Shown: in pieces, positions 45,539 through 54,995 of the stretch
Layout of the letters: every line of letters begins with the position of its first letter
Numbering within the stretch: the first letter of the stretch is position 1
DNA from: a virus
Taxonomy: Duplodnaviria > Caudoviricetes
IMG/VR virus record: IMGVR_UViG_3300003320_000853
DNA: 64,000 nt
Direction: 5' to 3' (one strand)
Translations under genes and position numbers: made by a program
The notes under the pieces: model-generated
What the model saw: only the letters and a program-made list of their open reading frames with translations
Databases searched by the model: none
What the model was told of the DNA's origin: nothing

Positions 45539-46315
45539 GTGGATCTTCGCGTCGCCGCCGTCCAGTTCGCCCCCACCTTCGGAGACTTGCACGGGAACCT
45601 CCGGAGGATCGCCCATCTCGTGCTTGCCGCAACCGAGAACGGGGCCAGGCTCGTCGTCCTACCCGAGCTTGCAACGACAGGCTACGGGTTCATGGACGAA
45701 GAGGAGGCGGCTCCCTTCGCCGAGGTCATCTCCCCCGAGAGCCTGACGATGAAGGCGATGATGGCGCTCGCCAAGAGCCGCAACGCCCATCTCGTGTGGG
45801 GGATGGTCGAGCGCGACAAGGGGACCGGCGACCTCTACAACACACAGGTGATCGTCGACCCCACGGGATTCTTCGAGAGCTACCGCAAGGTCAACCTATG
45901 GGGGAACGACAAGCTGTGGGCACAGCCCGGGCGGGGGAGTCCTCCGGTCATCCGGGCGCGGTTCGAGATCGGCATCGGCGAACCCACCCTGACGAAGAAG
46001 GTCGGGCTTCTAATCTGCCGGGACGTCCGGAACAAGGACGGCAAGGATGGAGAGCTGTACGAGAAGGGCGACGCCGACATCGTGGCCTTCTCGGCCAACT
46101 GGGGTGACGGTGGCTTCCCGGCGACCGCCTGGTGGGAGTTCGCGGAGGACAACAAGGTGTGGCTCATCGTGGCCAACCGCTACGGCAAGGAAGTCCCCAA
46201 CGACTTCGGCGAGGGCGGGATCTGCGTCATCTCCCCCGAGGGGAAGGTGCACTGCAAGGGCCTCAAGGGGCACTGGTTTCAGGACTACATCGTGTACTGC
46301 GACATCCCGGAGTGA
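45539..46315 (+). CDS. Carbon-nitrogen hydrolase (nitrilase superfamily)
   Basis: LRVAAVQF, VLPELATTGY (E), YRK (K), LICRD (C): complete triad; VANRYG; GTG start inferred. Confidence 0.9.
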   Translation: MDLRVAAVQFAPTFGDLHGNLRRIAHLVLAATENGARLVVLPELATTGYGFMDEEEAAPFAEVISPESLTMKAMMALAKSRNAHLVWGMVERDKGTGDLYNTQVIVDPTGFFESYRKVNLWGNDKLWAQPGRGSPPVIRARFEIGIGEPTLTKKVGLLICRDVRNKDGKDGELYEKGDADIVAFSANWGDGGFPATAWWEFAEDNKVWLIVANRYGKEVPNDFGEGGICVISPEGKVHCKGLKGHWFQDYIVYCDIPE

Positions 46316-46317
46316 TC

Positions 46318-46956
46318 ATGCTCCCGGCGCTACCTGTGATCGATCTGCTCTCTGTTCAACCCGATGCGGACGGTTTGGACATCTGGGCCGAAGATTTCGA
46401 TCGGAATTCTGTTCCGGCAGGGATCGGCGTCTACTGCTTCTACGACCCTACCACAGGAATGCCCCACTACATCGGGTCAGGTTGCGCGATCCACGCGAAT
46501 GGGGTGGGGGTATGGCGTCGGATCCTCGACTATCGGAAAGGCCCCAAGCAGTTCGTAGCCGCGCACAACAGGCGGATCGGCGAGGCTGTTCGCACCCTGG
46601 GTCTCCGACTCAAGGTGTGGTTGGTGGCCAGCAACGGGGACGCCAGGAAGTACGAGATGGATGCCATCGCCAAGTACCGGCCGTCCCTCAATAAGGTTGG
46701 CGCAGATGACCCGACACAAACGCTCGAAGCGGAGCGAGCCCAGGCACAAGCCTGTCACGACCGATCTCGGGCCAAATGGCTTGGAGTCTACGATCCCAAC
46801 GCTGTGAAACCTTGTAGCCGGTGCAAGACACCCAAGAAGTGTTCGGAATACCGTCGTTGTGATGGTTTCCCATTCGGCGTTCACAGGGCCTGCAAAACTT
46901 GTGAGAAGCTATCGAGGGCACAGATCAAGCAGCACAGCGTGGAGGGCGCGGAATGA
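46318..46956 (+). CDS. GIY-YIG endonuclease with C-terminal Zn finger
   Basis: GVYCFY...HYIGSG...RR; E..AI...P.LN; CSRC...CKTC. Confidence 0.75.
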   Translation: MLPALPVIDLLSVQPDADGLDIWAEDFDRNSVPAGIGVYCFYDPTTGMPHYIGSGCAIHANGVGVWRRILDYRKGPKQFVAAHNRRIGEAVRTLGLRLKVWLVASNGDARKYEMDAIAKYRPSLNKVGADDPTQTLEAERAQAQACHDRSRAKWLGVYDPNAVKPCSRCKTPKKCSEYRRCDGFPFGVHRACKTCEKLSRAQIKQHSVEGAE

Positions 46957-47990
46957 ATCTCGTCGCTCGTGTCGTGGCTCGCTTCCTCCAGGCCGAGGAC
47001 GGTGAGGAGAAGAAACCCGGTAAGGGAGGCGTCCCCGCACGTTGGCAGGAGTTCCTCGACAAGGTTCATCACGGGGGCAAGGAAAGGGTCAAGAATCCCA
47101 ACCCGAAGACCCAGAGCCGCCACAAGGAAGTCGCTTACAGTACCGCCCTCAAATACCCGAAGTTCTTCTTGGAGGCGATGAAGGAGTACAACGAGTGGGC
47201 CAAGAAGAACCCCAAGGACAAGGGTGAGGGCGGCGCCAAGGGGAAGGCTCCCGAGGAGAAGCCGAAGTCTAGGACGCCGCTTCCGGAGGCCATCAAGGAT
47301 GCGGTCACGCGCGTCTTCGGGGACAACCCTCCGAGCGTGGAAGACTTCGAGGAGATGTTCTCGGTCGGGAAGGACCACAAGACCAAGATCACGAAGATCC
47401 GTCACGTCAAGGGAGCGGTGACCAACGATTTCGACTTCGAGGGGGATCCCGCCGAGCATGTCGTTCGGGGATCGGTCGAGGTCAACTACGAGATCCATGA
47501 CAAGGACGGGAAGGTCATCGGCCACGGAGCCCAGAACTTCAATACTGTCGACGGGGAGAAAGTCGTTTTCAACCAAGAGGTGAAGCTCGACGAGAAGTCC
47601 CAGGGACAAGGTCTCGGGAAGACCATGTTGAAGAACAACTTCACGGCGTTCAAGAAGATGGGCGTCAAGAAGTCCATGCTGAACGCCGACTGGAAGGGGC
47701 GCTACGTTTGGCCGCGCATGGGGTATGACTCGGACCCCGATACCGTGAATGCGATGAAGGACGACCTCCGGAAGCATCTTCGCACCGAGGTTGGGATCTC
47801 GAAGGCGGCAGCGGACAAGATCCTCGATGCCTGCAAGACGCTCCACGACATTTCTTCGGTTCGCGTCGACGGAGAACACGCGGGGAAGGATTTCCTCTTG
47901 AGCAAGAGGGCGAGAGTGTTCAGCGCCAGCATCTCGTTGGACGATGACGACCCGGGCTTCAAAATTTTGAAGGAATACGTGGGACTATGA
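46953..47990 (+). CDS. GNAT-like acetyltransferase-domain protein with N-terminal RVVARF tag
   Basis: MNLVARVVARFLQAE; KLDEKSQGQGLGKTML (acetyl-CoA motif A) and GRYVWPRMGY. Confidence 0.7.
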   Translation: MNLVARVVARFLQAEDGEEKKPGKGGVPARWQEFLDKVHHGGKERVKNPNPKTQSRHKEVAYSTALKYPKFFLEAMKEYNEWAKKNPKDKGEGGAKGKAPEEKPKSRTPLPEAIKDAVTRVFGDNPPSVEDFEEMFSVGKDHKTKITKIRHVKGAVTNDFDFEGDPAEHVVRGSVEVNYEIHDKDGKVIGHGAQNFNTVDGEKVVFNQEVKLDEKSQGQGLGKTMLKNNFTAFKKMGVKKSMLNADWKGRYVWPRMGYDSDPDTVNAMKDDLRKHLRTEVGISKAAADKILDACKTLHDISSVRVDGEHAGKDFLLSKRARVFSASISLDDDDPGFKILKEYVGL

Positions 47991-48181
47991 AGGCGGATGG
48001 TGATCTCACGTCTGACTTGGAAGGCGAAGTCGACAAGGGCGACTTCCTTGAATTCGACAAGGAGGGGAACCCCAAGAAGGCCAGCCTCGCAGCCCGCGTA
48101 CTCGCTCGTTTCCAACAAGCTTCAACAGGAGATGCCCATGACCATCGCCGCCACGTGCTTCCTCCTCGCTCCGACCGATAA
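47987..48181 (+). CDS. Small protein carrying the RVLARF tag
   Basis: ATGA overlap; ...KKASLAARVLARFQQAS; overlaps the next gene by 44 nt. Confidence 0.45.
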   Translation: MKADGDLTSDLEGEVDKGDFLEFDKEGNPKKASLAARVLARFQQASTGDAHDHRRHVLPPRSDR

Positions 48182-48695
48182 GGCTCGGCTCAAGCTTCGC
48201 CGGTACAAGAGCGGCTCCGGGACGTGTGAGGGCGCCGATGCCTATCACAATGCGTCGACCCCATTTGCCGTCGTCCCGGCGAACCTCGACAAGCAAGGGT
48301 ACCTCCAGCCTTGCGACCAGCTCGCGCCCTCTCACGACGACCCCCGCTGGCCTACGAAGTGCGAGGGGTGCGCCTACGAATTCCAGGAGGAGGACAAGTG
48401 GCAGCTCTTCCAGGAGATGCTCTACGTGCGCCCGGACACGGGCGAAGTCTTCACCCTTCGGGAGGCGCCGGTCGGGGCCATGTGGGACGCCTTCTGGCTC
48501 CCCTGGAAGGGGTCGGACGGACGCTCCCTCGTGGTGATGACCCCCGCTGGCGAATGGTCGATCGACGGCCCCTCCGAAAGCGGGGGCTACTGGACGCGGA
48601 CGGGCGAGCCCCCCAGGATCTCGGTGCAGCCGTCGATCCACTTTCCGGGGAAGTACCACGGGTGGCTCACGAACGGCGTGCTCACGCCGTGTTGA
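48138..48695 (+). CDS. Protein with C-terminal DUF6527-like domain
   Basis: AGGAG RBS; WSIDG...WTRTGEPPRISVQPSI....YHGWLTNGVL. Confidence 0.65.
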   Translation: MTIAATCFLLAPTDKARLKLRRYKSGSGTCEGADAYHNASTPFAVVPANLDKQGYLQPCDQLAPSHDDPRWPTKCEGCAYEFQEEDKWQLFQEMLYVRPDTGEVFTLREAPVGAMWDAFWLPWKGSDGRSLVVMTPAGEWSIDGPSESGGYWTRTGEPPRISVQPSIHFPGKYHGWLTNGVLTPC

Positions 48696-48725
48696 TTGTG
48701 TACGGCTTCGGCTTGTAGCAGGGGC

Positions 48726-49121
48726 ATGAGGCTCAAGTTCGTTTGGTTGGTTCGGAATCCAGACCCTCTCGTTCTTGCCGACGACCCTGTTTTCCTCGCC
48801 GACGAGGATCCGGAAGCGCGGAGGATCAACGAGTTCTGCTCCGAGGTTGGGGTCGAGAACGAGGCACTGTTCCGGGTCTATCTCGGGACATCGGATGCGA
48901 AAGATCCGTACCGCTGGGAGAACGAGAAGACAACCCTCTACACGGAAGAGGAGGAGGCCAAGGTAGACGCTCGCAAGCGGCTTGCGGCGCTCAGGCGGAA
49001 GTACACCGGGGCCAAGTGCCCCACGTGCAAGGGTCGTGGAATCGTGGGGGATATCCCTCACGGTGCCTGGGAGGTCTGTTCCGCCTGTCGCGGGGGTGGT
49101 CACGTTCCGCGGACGGTGTAG
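48726..49121 (+). CDS. Hypothetical protein with DnaJ-type CxxCxGxG Zn finger
   Basis: CPTCKGRG...CSACRGGG. Confidence 0.65.
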   Translation: MRLKFVWLVRNPDPLVLADDPVFLADEDPEARRINEFCSEVGVENEALFRVYLGTSDAKDPYRWENEKTTLYTEEEEAKVDARKRLAALRRKYTGAKCPTCKGRGIVGDIPHGAWEVCSACRGGGHVPRTV

Positions 49122-49129
49122 GATCGGAC

Positions 49130-50392
49130 ATGGCCGAGAAGCCCATCCCGAGGTGCGGGTTCTGTAAGAAACCGCGCAACGAAGTCAAGAACCTGGCAGG
49201 GGCCGGAGACGATGGCCCCCTCATCTGCGACAAGTGCGCTCGGCAGTTCACCCAGACGTTCGTCGAAGCCGAGCTGAAGAGGACCGAAGAGAAGCGCTTC
49301 GTTCTCCGCAAGCCGCGGGAGATCCGGGCCTTCCTCGACGACTACGTGATCGGGCAGGAGCGCGCCAAGCTCGATGTGAGCGTGGCGATCTACGAGCACT
49401 ACAAGCGCCGGAAGGCCGCCAAGGCCGGGGATGACCTCGGGGTCGAGATCCAGAAGAGCAACATGCTCGTCCTCGGACCAAGCGGCACGGGCAAGACGGA
49501 AATCTTCCGCACCGTGGCCCGCATGCTCGGGGTGCCTTTCTTCGTCGCCGACGCGACGAAGCTCACCCAGGCAGGGTACGTCGGGGACGACGTCGAGTCC
49601 ATCCTCCAGGGGCTCATCGCCGACGCAAACGGGGACATCGAGCGGGCGCAGTGGGGGATCATCCTCATCGACGAGATCGACAAGCTCGCCCGGAAGAGCG
49701 GGCGGGGCGCGACCGGCTACCGTGACGTGACCGGGGAGGGTGTTCAGCAGGCGCTGCTCAAGCTCCTCGAAGGCTCGCGCGTGAATGTCCCCCGGGGGAT
49801 GGGCAAGTCCATCATCGCCAACATGGAGTTCGACACGATCGACACGTCGAACATCCTCTTCATCGGAGCGGGCAGCTTCGCCGGGATCGAAGAGGCCATC
49901 AGCCGGCGCCTGAACAAAGATTCGGGCCTCGGGTTCGGCGCCGCCGACCGGAAGAAGGTCTCGAAGACGGACGCTTATCTCGCGGTCGAGGAAGACGACA
50001 TCCTCGACTTCGGGATGATCCCCGAGCTGATGGGCCGCATGCCGGTCATCACGACCACGATCGACCTCACCGAGGACGAGCTGATCGAGATCCTGACCAA
50101 GCCGAAGAACGCGATCATCAAGCAGTTCGTCGCGTCCTTCCGGATGGACAATATCGACCTCCAGTTCGACGAAGCTGCCCTCCGGGCCATCGCTCGCGAC
50201 GCGAAGAAGCGTCCCACCGGAGCCAGGGCGCTCCGGGCCATCGTCAAGCGGACCATCCGCCAGTTCAGCTACGACGCCCCGAGCGACCCGACCATCGGCT
50301 CGATCCGGGTCACAGAGGAGACCGTCACGAACGGCGCCGCGCCGGTCATTCTCCGCCGGGAGGCACCGGAGAAGCAGGAGGCGACCGGATGA
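49130..50392 (+). CDS. clpX: ATP-dependent Clp protease ATPase subunit ClpX
   Basis: CGFC/CDKC Zn domain, YVIGQERAK, KSN..LGPSGTGKT, AGYVGDD, DEIDK, RDVTGEGVQQALLK, LGF loop, TGARALR. Confidence 0.95.
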   Translation: MAEKPIPRCGFCKKPRNEVKNLAGAGDDGPLICDKCARQFTQTFVEAELKRTEEKRFVLRKPREIRAFLDDYVIGQERAKLDVSVAIYEHYKRRKAAKAGDDLGVEIQKSNMLVLGPSGTGKTEIFRTVARMLGVPFFVADATKLTQAGYVGDDVESILQGLIADANGDIERAQWGIILIDEIDKLARKSGRGATGYRDVTGEGVQQALLKLLEGSRVNVPRGMGKSIIANMEFDTIDTSNILFIGAGSFAGIEEAISRRLNKDSGLGFGAADRKKVSKTDAYLAVEEDDILDFGMIPELMGRMPVITTTIDLTEDELIEILTKPKNAIIKQFVASFRMDNIDLQFDEAALRAIARDAKKRPTGARALRAIVKRTIRQFSYDAPSDPTIGSIRVTEETVTNGAAPVILRREAPEKQEATG

Positions 50393-50766
50393 ACCTCGAC
50401 GAGGCCGCCAAGCAGGTTCGGGCTGGCAAGCGGGTCGCTCGCAAGGGCAAATCTCACAACGTCCTCTATGTCAGCGGACATTCGGTCACGATCTCCGATG
50501 AGGTGTGGTGCTCCTTCCGTCCCCTCACCGACGAGGAGCGGTCGGCCACCGACTGGCTGGCCGAGCACATCACCTGGGCGGTCAAACACCGCGTCAGAGG
50601 GATCTACATTCAGGAAGTCGATGACTGGCGCCTCGGGGGAACGCGCACACGTCGTGAGGCCATGCGTTTCCTGACGCTCGAAGCAGCCCGGGAGGAGCGG
50701 AACGGATGGGTCAGCCGTAAGAACCGCAAAAACTACGCCATCGTGAAGATCACGACGCGGGCATGA
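50389..50766 (+). CDS. Hypothetical protein (DUF2829-like N-terminus)
   Basis: MNLDEA...GKRVARKG...ATDW. Confidence 0.6.
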   Translation: MNLDEAAKQVRAGKRVARKGKSHNVLYVSGHSVTISDEVWCSFRPLTDEERSATDWLAEHITWAVKHRVRGIYIQEVDDWRLGGTRTRREAMRFLTLEAAREERNGWVSRKNRKNYAIVKITTRA

Positions 50767-51098
50767 CGGATCTCGCCGACACCGCAGCCCGAGCTCGGGA
50801 GGTCAGCCGCCAGCTCAACGAGGCCATGCGTGAGCTGAACGAGAGCCTGGTGAATGCGGAGAGCGCCATGGCCAAGAGGCTCGGCCGGCAGGTGGTCGCC
50901 AACGTTCCGTTGACCCCCGGGACGTACCTGGTCTTCGCCGACGGGAAGCTCTTCTACGCGAACCAGGAGCATCGCGTCTCGATCCTTCACGTTTCCAAGA
51001 GATACCGGATGCTCGCCTGCTCCCGTCTGTATGCCCTCTGGCTTGCAGCCGGCGGCGAGCCCCTTCGAGGTTTCCATGGGCATTCCCCGCAAAGGTAG
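50763..51098 (+). CDS. Hypothetical protein
   Basis: 111 aa; ATGA overlap. Confidence 0.6.
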   Translation: MTDLADTAARAREVSRQLNEAMRELNESLVNAESAMAKRLGRQVVANVPLTPGTYLVFADGKLFYANQEHRVSILHVSKRYRMLACSRLYALWLAAGGEPLRGFHGHSPQR

Positions 51099-51399
51099 TC
51101 GTTGGGTCTACGTCCAGGGGAAGAGATACCTCTTCCTCGTGAAGGAAGGGCACATCCCCGACCATCACGACCAGCCAGCGAACACGGTGGTCATCCAGGA
51201 GGACGACGAGAAGCCGGGCCGCGTTCTCCGGGGATGGTTCTTCCACGGGATCGAGATCACGCCGGCTCTCGTGCGGAAGCTCATCATCGAGGGCCACCAG
51301 ATCGGGTGGAACCCCTCCGATCGGGGCAGCGCCTTCGATCTTCCGCCGGATCGTGCCTCGGGCCGGTTCAACGAAGGCGACGTCTCGTCCTACCGCTGA
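51076..51399 (+). CDS. Hypothetical protein (MGIPRKGSR...ITPALVR.LI..G...GWNP type)
   Basis: GAGG RBS; coherent small-protein pattern. Confidence 0.7.
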   Translation: MGIPRKGSRWVYVQGKRYLFLVKEGHIPDHHDQPANTVVIQEDDEKPGRVLRGWFFHGIEITPALVRKLIIEGHQIGWNPSDRGSAFDLPPDRASGRFNEGDVSSYR

Positions 51400-51431
51400 T
51401 CCATACAATCCTCTTGTGTGGGGACTCGAAC

Positions 51432-52010
51432 GTGAGTCCCAGCTCCTACAGGGTTGCCGCCCGTTTCATCGCCGAGCAGACCAAATCGGCCCCCAAGAAG
51501 GTCGACGACCTCTTCAAGGAAGTCAAGGACGGCAACCCGTCGTACTCCGACGAACAGGCGTGGGCCACAGCCTGGTCGATCTACTGCAAGCACGTCGACC
51601 CGGGCGGGTCCCACTGCAAGAAGTCTCCGGGGGAGTACCTCAAGGAGGCGTCCGCTCCTGTGGGATCCTGGGGCTCATACATCGAGAAGTGGTGCGAGGA
51701 TGTGCTCACGGCTCTTCAACGGAAGCTGACGCCGATCATGCGGGGGTGGAAGCCTACGGACATTCGTCGGAGCGGCTCAAGGCAGATCCTCGACTTCATC
51801 CGAGGGGATCGAGGGGATGGGACCCGGGAAGATGCCGGCGTCTCCCTTCAATGGGACGGATCCGGCATCGAGATCCGTGTGGATCTGGTCTCTCCGAAAT
51901 ATCACAACGTTGTGGTTCTATTGCAACAACGCGTTGCGTTCGATGAGACAGCCTTTGACGTATTGAAAAACGTCGAGCAAACATTCAAGTCGGAGATTTT
52001 TGCTCGATGA
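51432..52010 (+). CDS. RVAARF-tagged protein with a ChaB-like segment
   Basis: GTG start inferred; SYRVAARFIAEQTKSA then NPSYSDEQAWATAWSIYCK. Confidence 0.6.
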   Translation: MSPSSYRVAARFIAEQTKSAPKKVDDLFKEVKDGNPSYSDEQAWATAWSIYCKHVDPGGSHCKKSPGEYLKEASAPVGSWGSYIEKWCEDVLTALQRKLTPIMRGWKPTDIRRSGSRQILDFIRGDRGDGTREDAGVSLQWDGSGIEIRVDLVSPKYHNVVVLLQQRVAFDETAFDVLKNVEQTFKSEIFAR

Positions 52011-52294
52011 GCACCCTCGAACAGCGGGTCGTTTCGCGCTTCATTGAAGCCGTCTCCAAGGACGATGCCGAGGAGATGGCTGAGTTCAAGAGGATGATCC
52101 ACGAGATGACCGAGGAGATGCTCGGCTTCGCGGAGGAGATGGATCGCTTCAAAGGCAAGATGGGTCGCTGGCGGGACAAGCTGCCGAAGAACGCCTTGTG
52201 GGAGGACGTACCGAACGACCTCGACGGCGCCATCAGCAGCATGGACAAGTCGGTGAGCAAGCTCCGTGGGTACGCTCACAAGTTGGGGACGTGA
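52007..52294 (+). CDS. Small helical protein with N-terminal RVVSRF tag
   Basis: MSTLEQRVVSRFIEA; ATGA overlap. Confidence 0.7.
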   Translation: MSTLEQRVVSRFIEAVSKDDAEEMAEFKRMIHEMTEEMLGFAEEMDRFKGKMGRWRDKLPKNALWEDVPNDLDGAISSMDKSVSKLRGYAHKLGT

Positions 52295-52299
52295 GGTCT

Positions 52300-53502
52300 A
52301 TGGACATCGCCAAGCGTGTTCTCGCCAGAGTCAAGGCCACCACCGACGCTACCGAGCGAACGCTCGAAGCTGCGGAGTTCATGAACGGTGATGGGGTTCA
52401 GCGGATCTCCATCGTCGAGAAGACCCATCCACGCGCAGGGGGAGATGTCTCCCACACGTACGTCCTTCGCACGTATGCCGACCATTTCGGGCTCAACGTG
52501 GCGTCGGAGACTTCGATCGGTAGCTGGCCGGCGGCAGCGTGGCTTGCGGATGCTCTGAGCCGGACGGCAGGCGCGATGCGGTCGGTCCGCCCGCTACCCG
52601 ATCCCGACTACTGGCCCGACATCTTCATCAAGAATGGGGAACAGCATCTCCGCCGGTGGGAGAAGGGTCAAGAGACGTCCTCCCAGTCGATCACGGCCCG
52701 CGTTCTCGCTCGTTACCGCCGATCGATGGAGCACCCGACCGAGAAGGACCGCAAGCAGTACCTTCACGATCACCCGCACGCCGATCCGGCGAACCACACG
52801 GTGGCGAAGCCTGGAGACCACGGTGGGGGGCACGGCGAGCATCACGAAAACAAGCCGAAGAAGTCCCTGAAAGAGCGTCTTCAGAGCATGGGCGAGAAGG
52901 CCAAGAGCTTCGTCAAGAACGCACCGGGCGACCTCAAGAAGTTCTTTGAGGACGAGGGTCATAGGCGCAAGGTGCTCCAGGGGGCTCACGAGAAGCTGGT
53001 GAAGGCCCCCGAGAAGCTCATCGCGAACGCCGTGCACACGGTGAAGCACGAGGTCAAGGAATTCAAGGAGGCCGGGGAGGGAGTCGCTGCCGTCATGAAG
53101 GGCGGCAAGATGAACGACCACCAGAAAAAGGCCCTCAAGACCGTGGGCTTCCATCTGGCTCTCACGGCAGTCGCCACAGTGCTGACGACCACGGGTGGTC
53201 CCCTGGCGGGTGCGGCCGTCTTCGGCAAGTCCATGGCGAAGCACGTCGCCATGAAGTCGGTGTCCAACGCGCTCGGACACCTCCACGTCCTCGAAGAAAT
53301 GGGGCATATCGGCCATGGGATCCATGGCGTGATGGAGCATCTCATGGACAAGCTCGCCACCGACGAGAAGGCGAACCCCGAGGATGTGATGGCTCAGTTC
53401 TTCGTCGCAGCGGCGGCGAAAGAGCTGGCGAACGTGGATGACGACACGATCGCCGACGCGATCGAGGGGATGGACAAGGCTGACGAGGCGCCGTCGGAGT
53501 AG
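52300..53502 (+). CDS. Two-part protein with two tags (RVLARV, RVLARY); second part His/Lys-rich with a hydrophobic segment
   Basis: MDIAKRVLARVKA; SITARVLARYRRS at 52687-52725; YLHDHPHADP; LALTAVATVLTTTGGPLAGAAVF. Confidence 0.7.
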   Translation: MDIAKRVLARVKATTDATERTLEAAEFMNGDGVQRISIVEKTHPRAGGDVSHTYVLRTYADHFGLNVASETSIGSWPAAAWLADALSRTAGAMRSVRPLPDPDYWPDIFIKNGEQHLRRWEKGQETSSQSITARVLARYRRSMEHPTEKDRKQYLHDHPHADPANHTVAKPGDHGGGHGEHHENKPKKSLKERLQSMGEKAKSFVKNAPGDLKKFFEDEGHRRKVLQGAHEKLVKAPEKLIANAVHTVKHEVKEFKEAGEGVAAVMKGGKMNDHQKKALKTVGFHLALTAVATVLTTTGGPLAGAAVFGKSMAKHVAMKSVSNALGHLHVLEEMGHIGHGIHGVMEHLMDKLATDEKANPEDVMAQFFVAAAAKELANVDDDTIADAIEGMDKADEAPSE

Positions 53503-53529
53503 ATCCTGGGAGACGGTGTAGAGAGGGGC

Positions 53530-54048
53530 ATGAAGCTCAAGATCGCGCTTTCTGTCCTCTTCGCTGGCATCTTCCTCGCGTTCTGCATCACGGACATCTT
53601 CAAGAGCTACGACTTCGAGATCGGGTGCGAGGGCCATCTCAAGCGGGCAGCAGACGCCAACACGGTCGAGCTCGCGCTCTCCGAGCTGGACGTCGCCATC
53701 TCCTACGCGGAGCAGAAGGGTCTCACCTCGGGGTCGACGTCGATCTTTCTCCAGACGCCGGCCAACGATCTCGGGTTCTGGTACCAGAACCTGGTGGCCT
53801 CCCGCAACGAGCTGCGCAAGCTCGGGCCGGATGCCCCCATGCTCGTCCGCACCAACATGCTCATGAAGCTCCGGGAAACTCTCCTGGACAAGACGCAGAG
53901 CGGCGAGAAGGTCACGGCGCCGGGGGACATCTCCGTCTTCCCACACCAGCGGCTCTTCACGGCGTGGGGTGCTGGGTCGGCCCTCATCCTCTTCATCTCC
54001 CTCGTGCTCGTCTTCACGCCAGCCTTTAGCTTCTGGAGTCGCCGGTAG
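53530..54048 (+). CDS. Membrane protein (N- and C-terminal TM helices)
   Basis: 172 aa; GHLKRAADANT...GFWYQNL; GGTGTA 9 nt upstream. Confidence 0.75.
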   Translation: MKLKIALSVLFAGIFLAFCITDIFKSYDFEIGCEGHLKRAADANTVELALSELDVAISYAEQKGLTSGSTSIFLQTPANDLGFWYQNLVASRNELRKLGPDAPMLVRTNMLMKLRETLLDKTQSGEKVTAPGDISVFPHQRLFTAWGAGSALILFISLVLVFTPAFSFWSRR

Positions 54049-54083
54049 TTGACCCCCGTTCGCCTGAGCTTGTAGAGACGACC

Positions 54084-54950
54084 ATGAATCTTCGGAGCGG
54101 TCTCGCCGAATCCCTGCCCTACAGCCTTTCCCGCTGGACGGACGTGCCTGCGGCGAAGTGGCCCTGGTTCCTCGACCGGATGAAGGCCGGCTACATGGAA
54201 GGGTTCGACCCCCGGACAGCCATCCCGGCCTACTGGTCGCTCAAGCCCGAGGACACGCTCGGGCTCATCTTCTGGACGAAGAACCCCGAGAACCTCATCG
54301 AATACGCGGATCTGCTTCGGCCGTACAACCTTCGTGTCCACGTGACGATCACGGGATGGAAGGAAGAGGAGCCTGGCGTTCCTCGCTGGGTCGACACGGC
54401 GACCATGGCGCGCCGGCTGGGCGTCCTGTTCGGATGGGATCGGATCACGTGGCGGTTCAGTCCGGTACCCATCGGCCTCGACCGGCACGACCTTCTGACC
54501 CGCTTCGACCACATCGCCTGGTTCATGAGTCCGTTCCAGTCCGTGCCTGGCGGCGGGATCAAGAACGTCTTCCTCTCGTTCCTCCAGCCGAACGACCGTA
54601 TCGGGGAGGATCGCGGCCTCGCCGAGCGCGTCTCTCTCATGCGGGAGATGGCTACGATCGCGGCGCGGTGGGGGATGAACGTCCGCCTCTGCAACGAGGA
54701 TCGCACCCTCCTCGGGGTGGATGGTCTCCCGGCCAACCTCTCCCCCGGGGTGTGCGCTCCGCCGGAGGACTTCTCCCTCCCCGGCATCGCCAAGCCCCCT
54801 TCCGAGGGGTGCGGATGCACCCTTGCCGTCGAGGCCTTCACCATCAACGAATCGTGCGCCTACGGCTGTCGCTACTGCTATGCGGCCGACGAGACCCTCT
54901 CCGGCCGGAAGCGCAACACTACCAAGGGCCATCTGCCCGTCGTCCGCTGA
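54084..54950 (+). CDS. DUF1848-family (radical-SAM-like) protein
   Basis: SRWTDVPA, FWTKNP, WRFSP, C-terminal CGC...CAYGCRYCYA. Confidence 0.8.
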   Translation: MNLRSGLAESLPYSLSRWTDVPAAKWPWFLDRMKAGYMEGFDPRTAIPAYWSLKPEDTLGLIFWTKNPENLIEYADLLRPYNLRVHVTITGWKEEEPGVPRWVDTATMARRLGVLFGWDRITWRFSPVPIGLDRHDLLTRFDHIAWFMSPFQSVPGGGIKNVFLSFLQPNDRIGEDRGLAERVSLMREMATIAARWGMNVRLCNEDRTLLGVDGLPANLSPGVCAPPEDFSLPGIAKPPSEGCGCTLAVEAFTINESCAYGCRYCYAADETLSGRKRNTTKGHLPVVR

Positions 54951-54995
54951 TCCAGCCTGGACATCCAGGGCATCCCCGAGATACACTTCGGGGCC

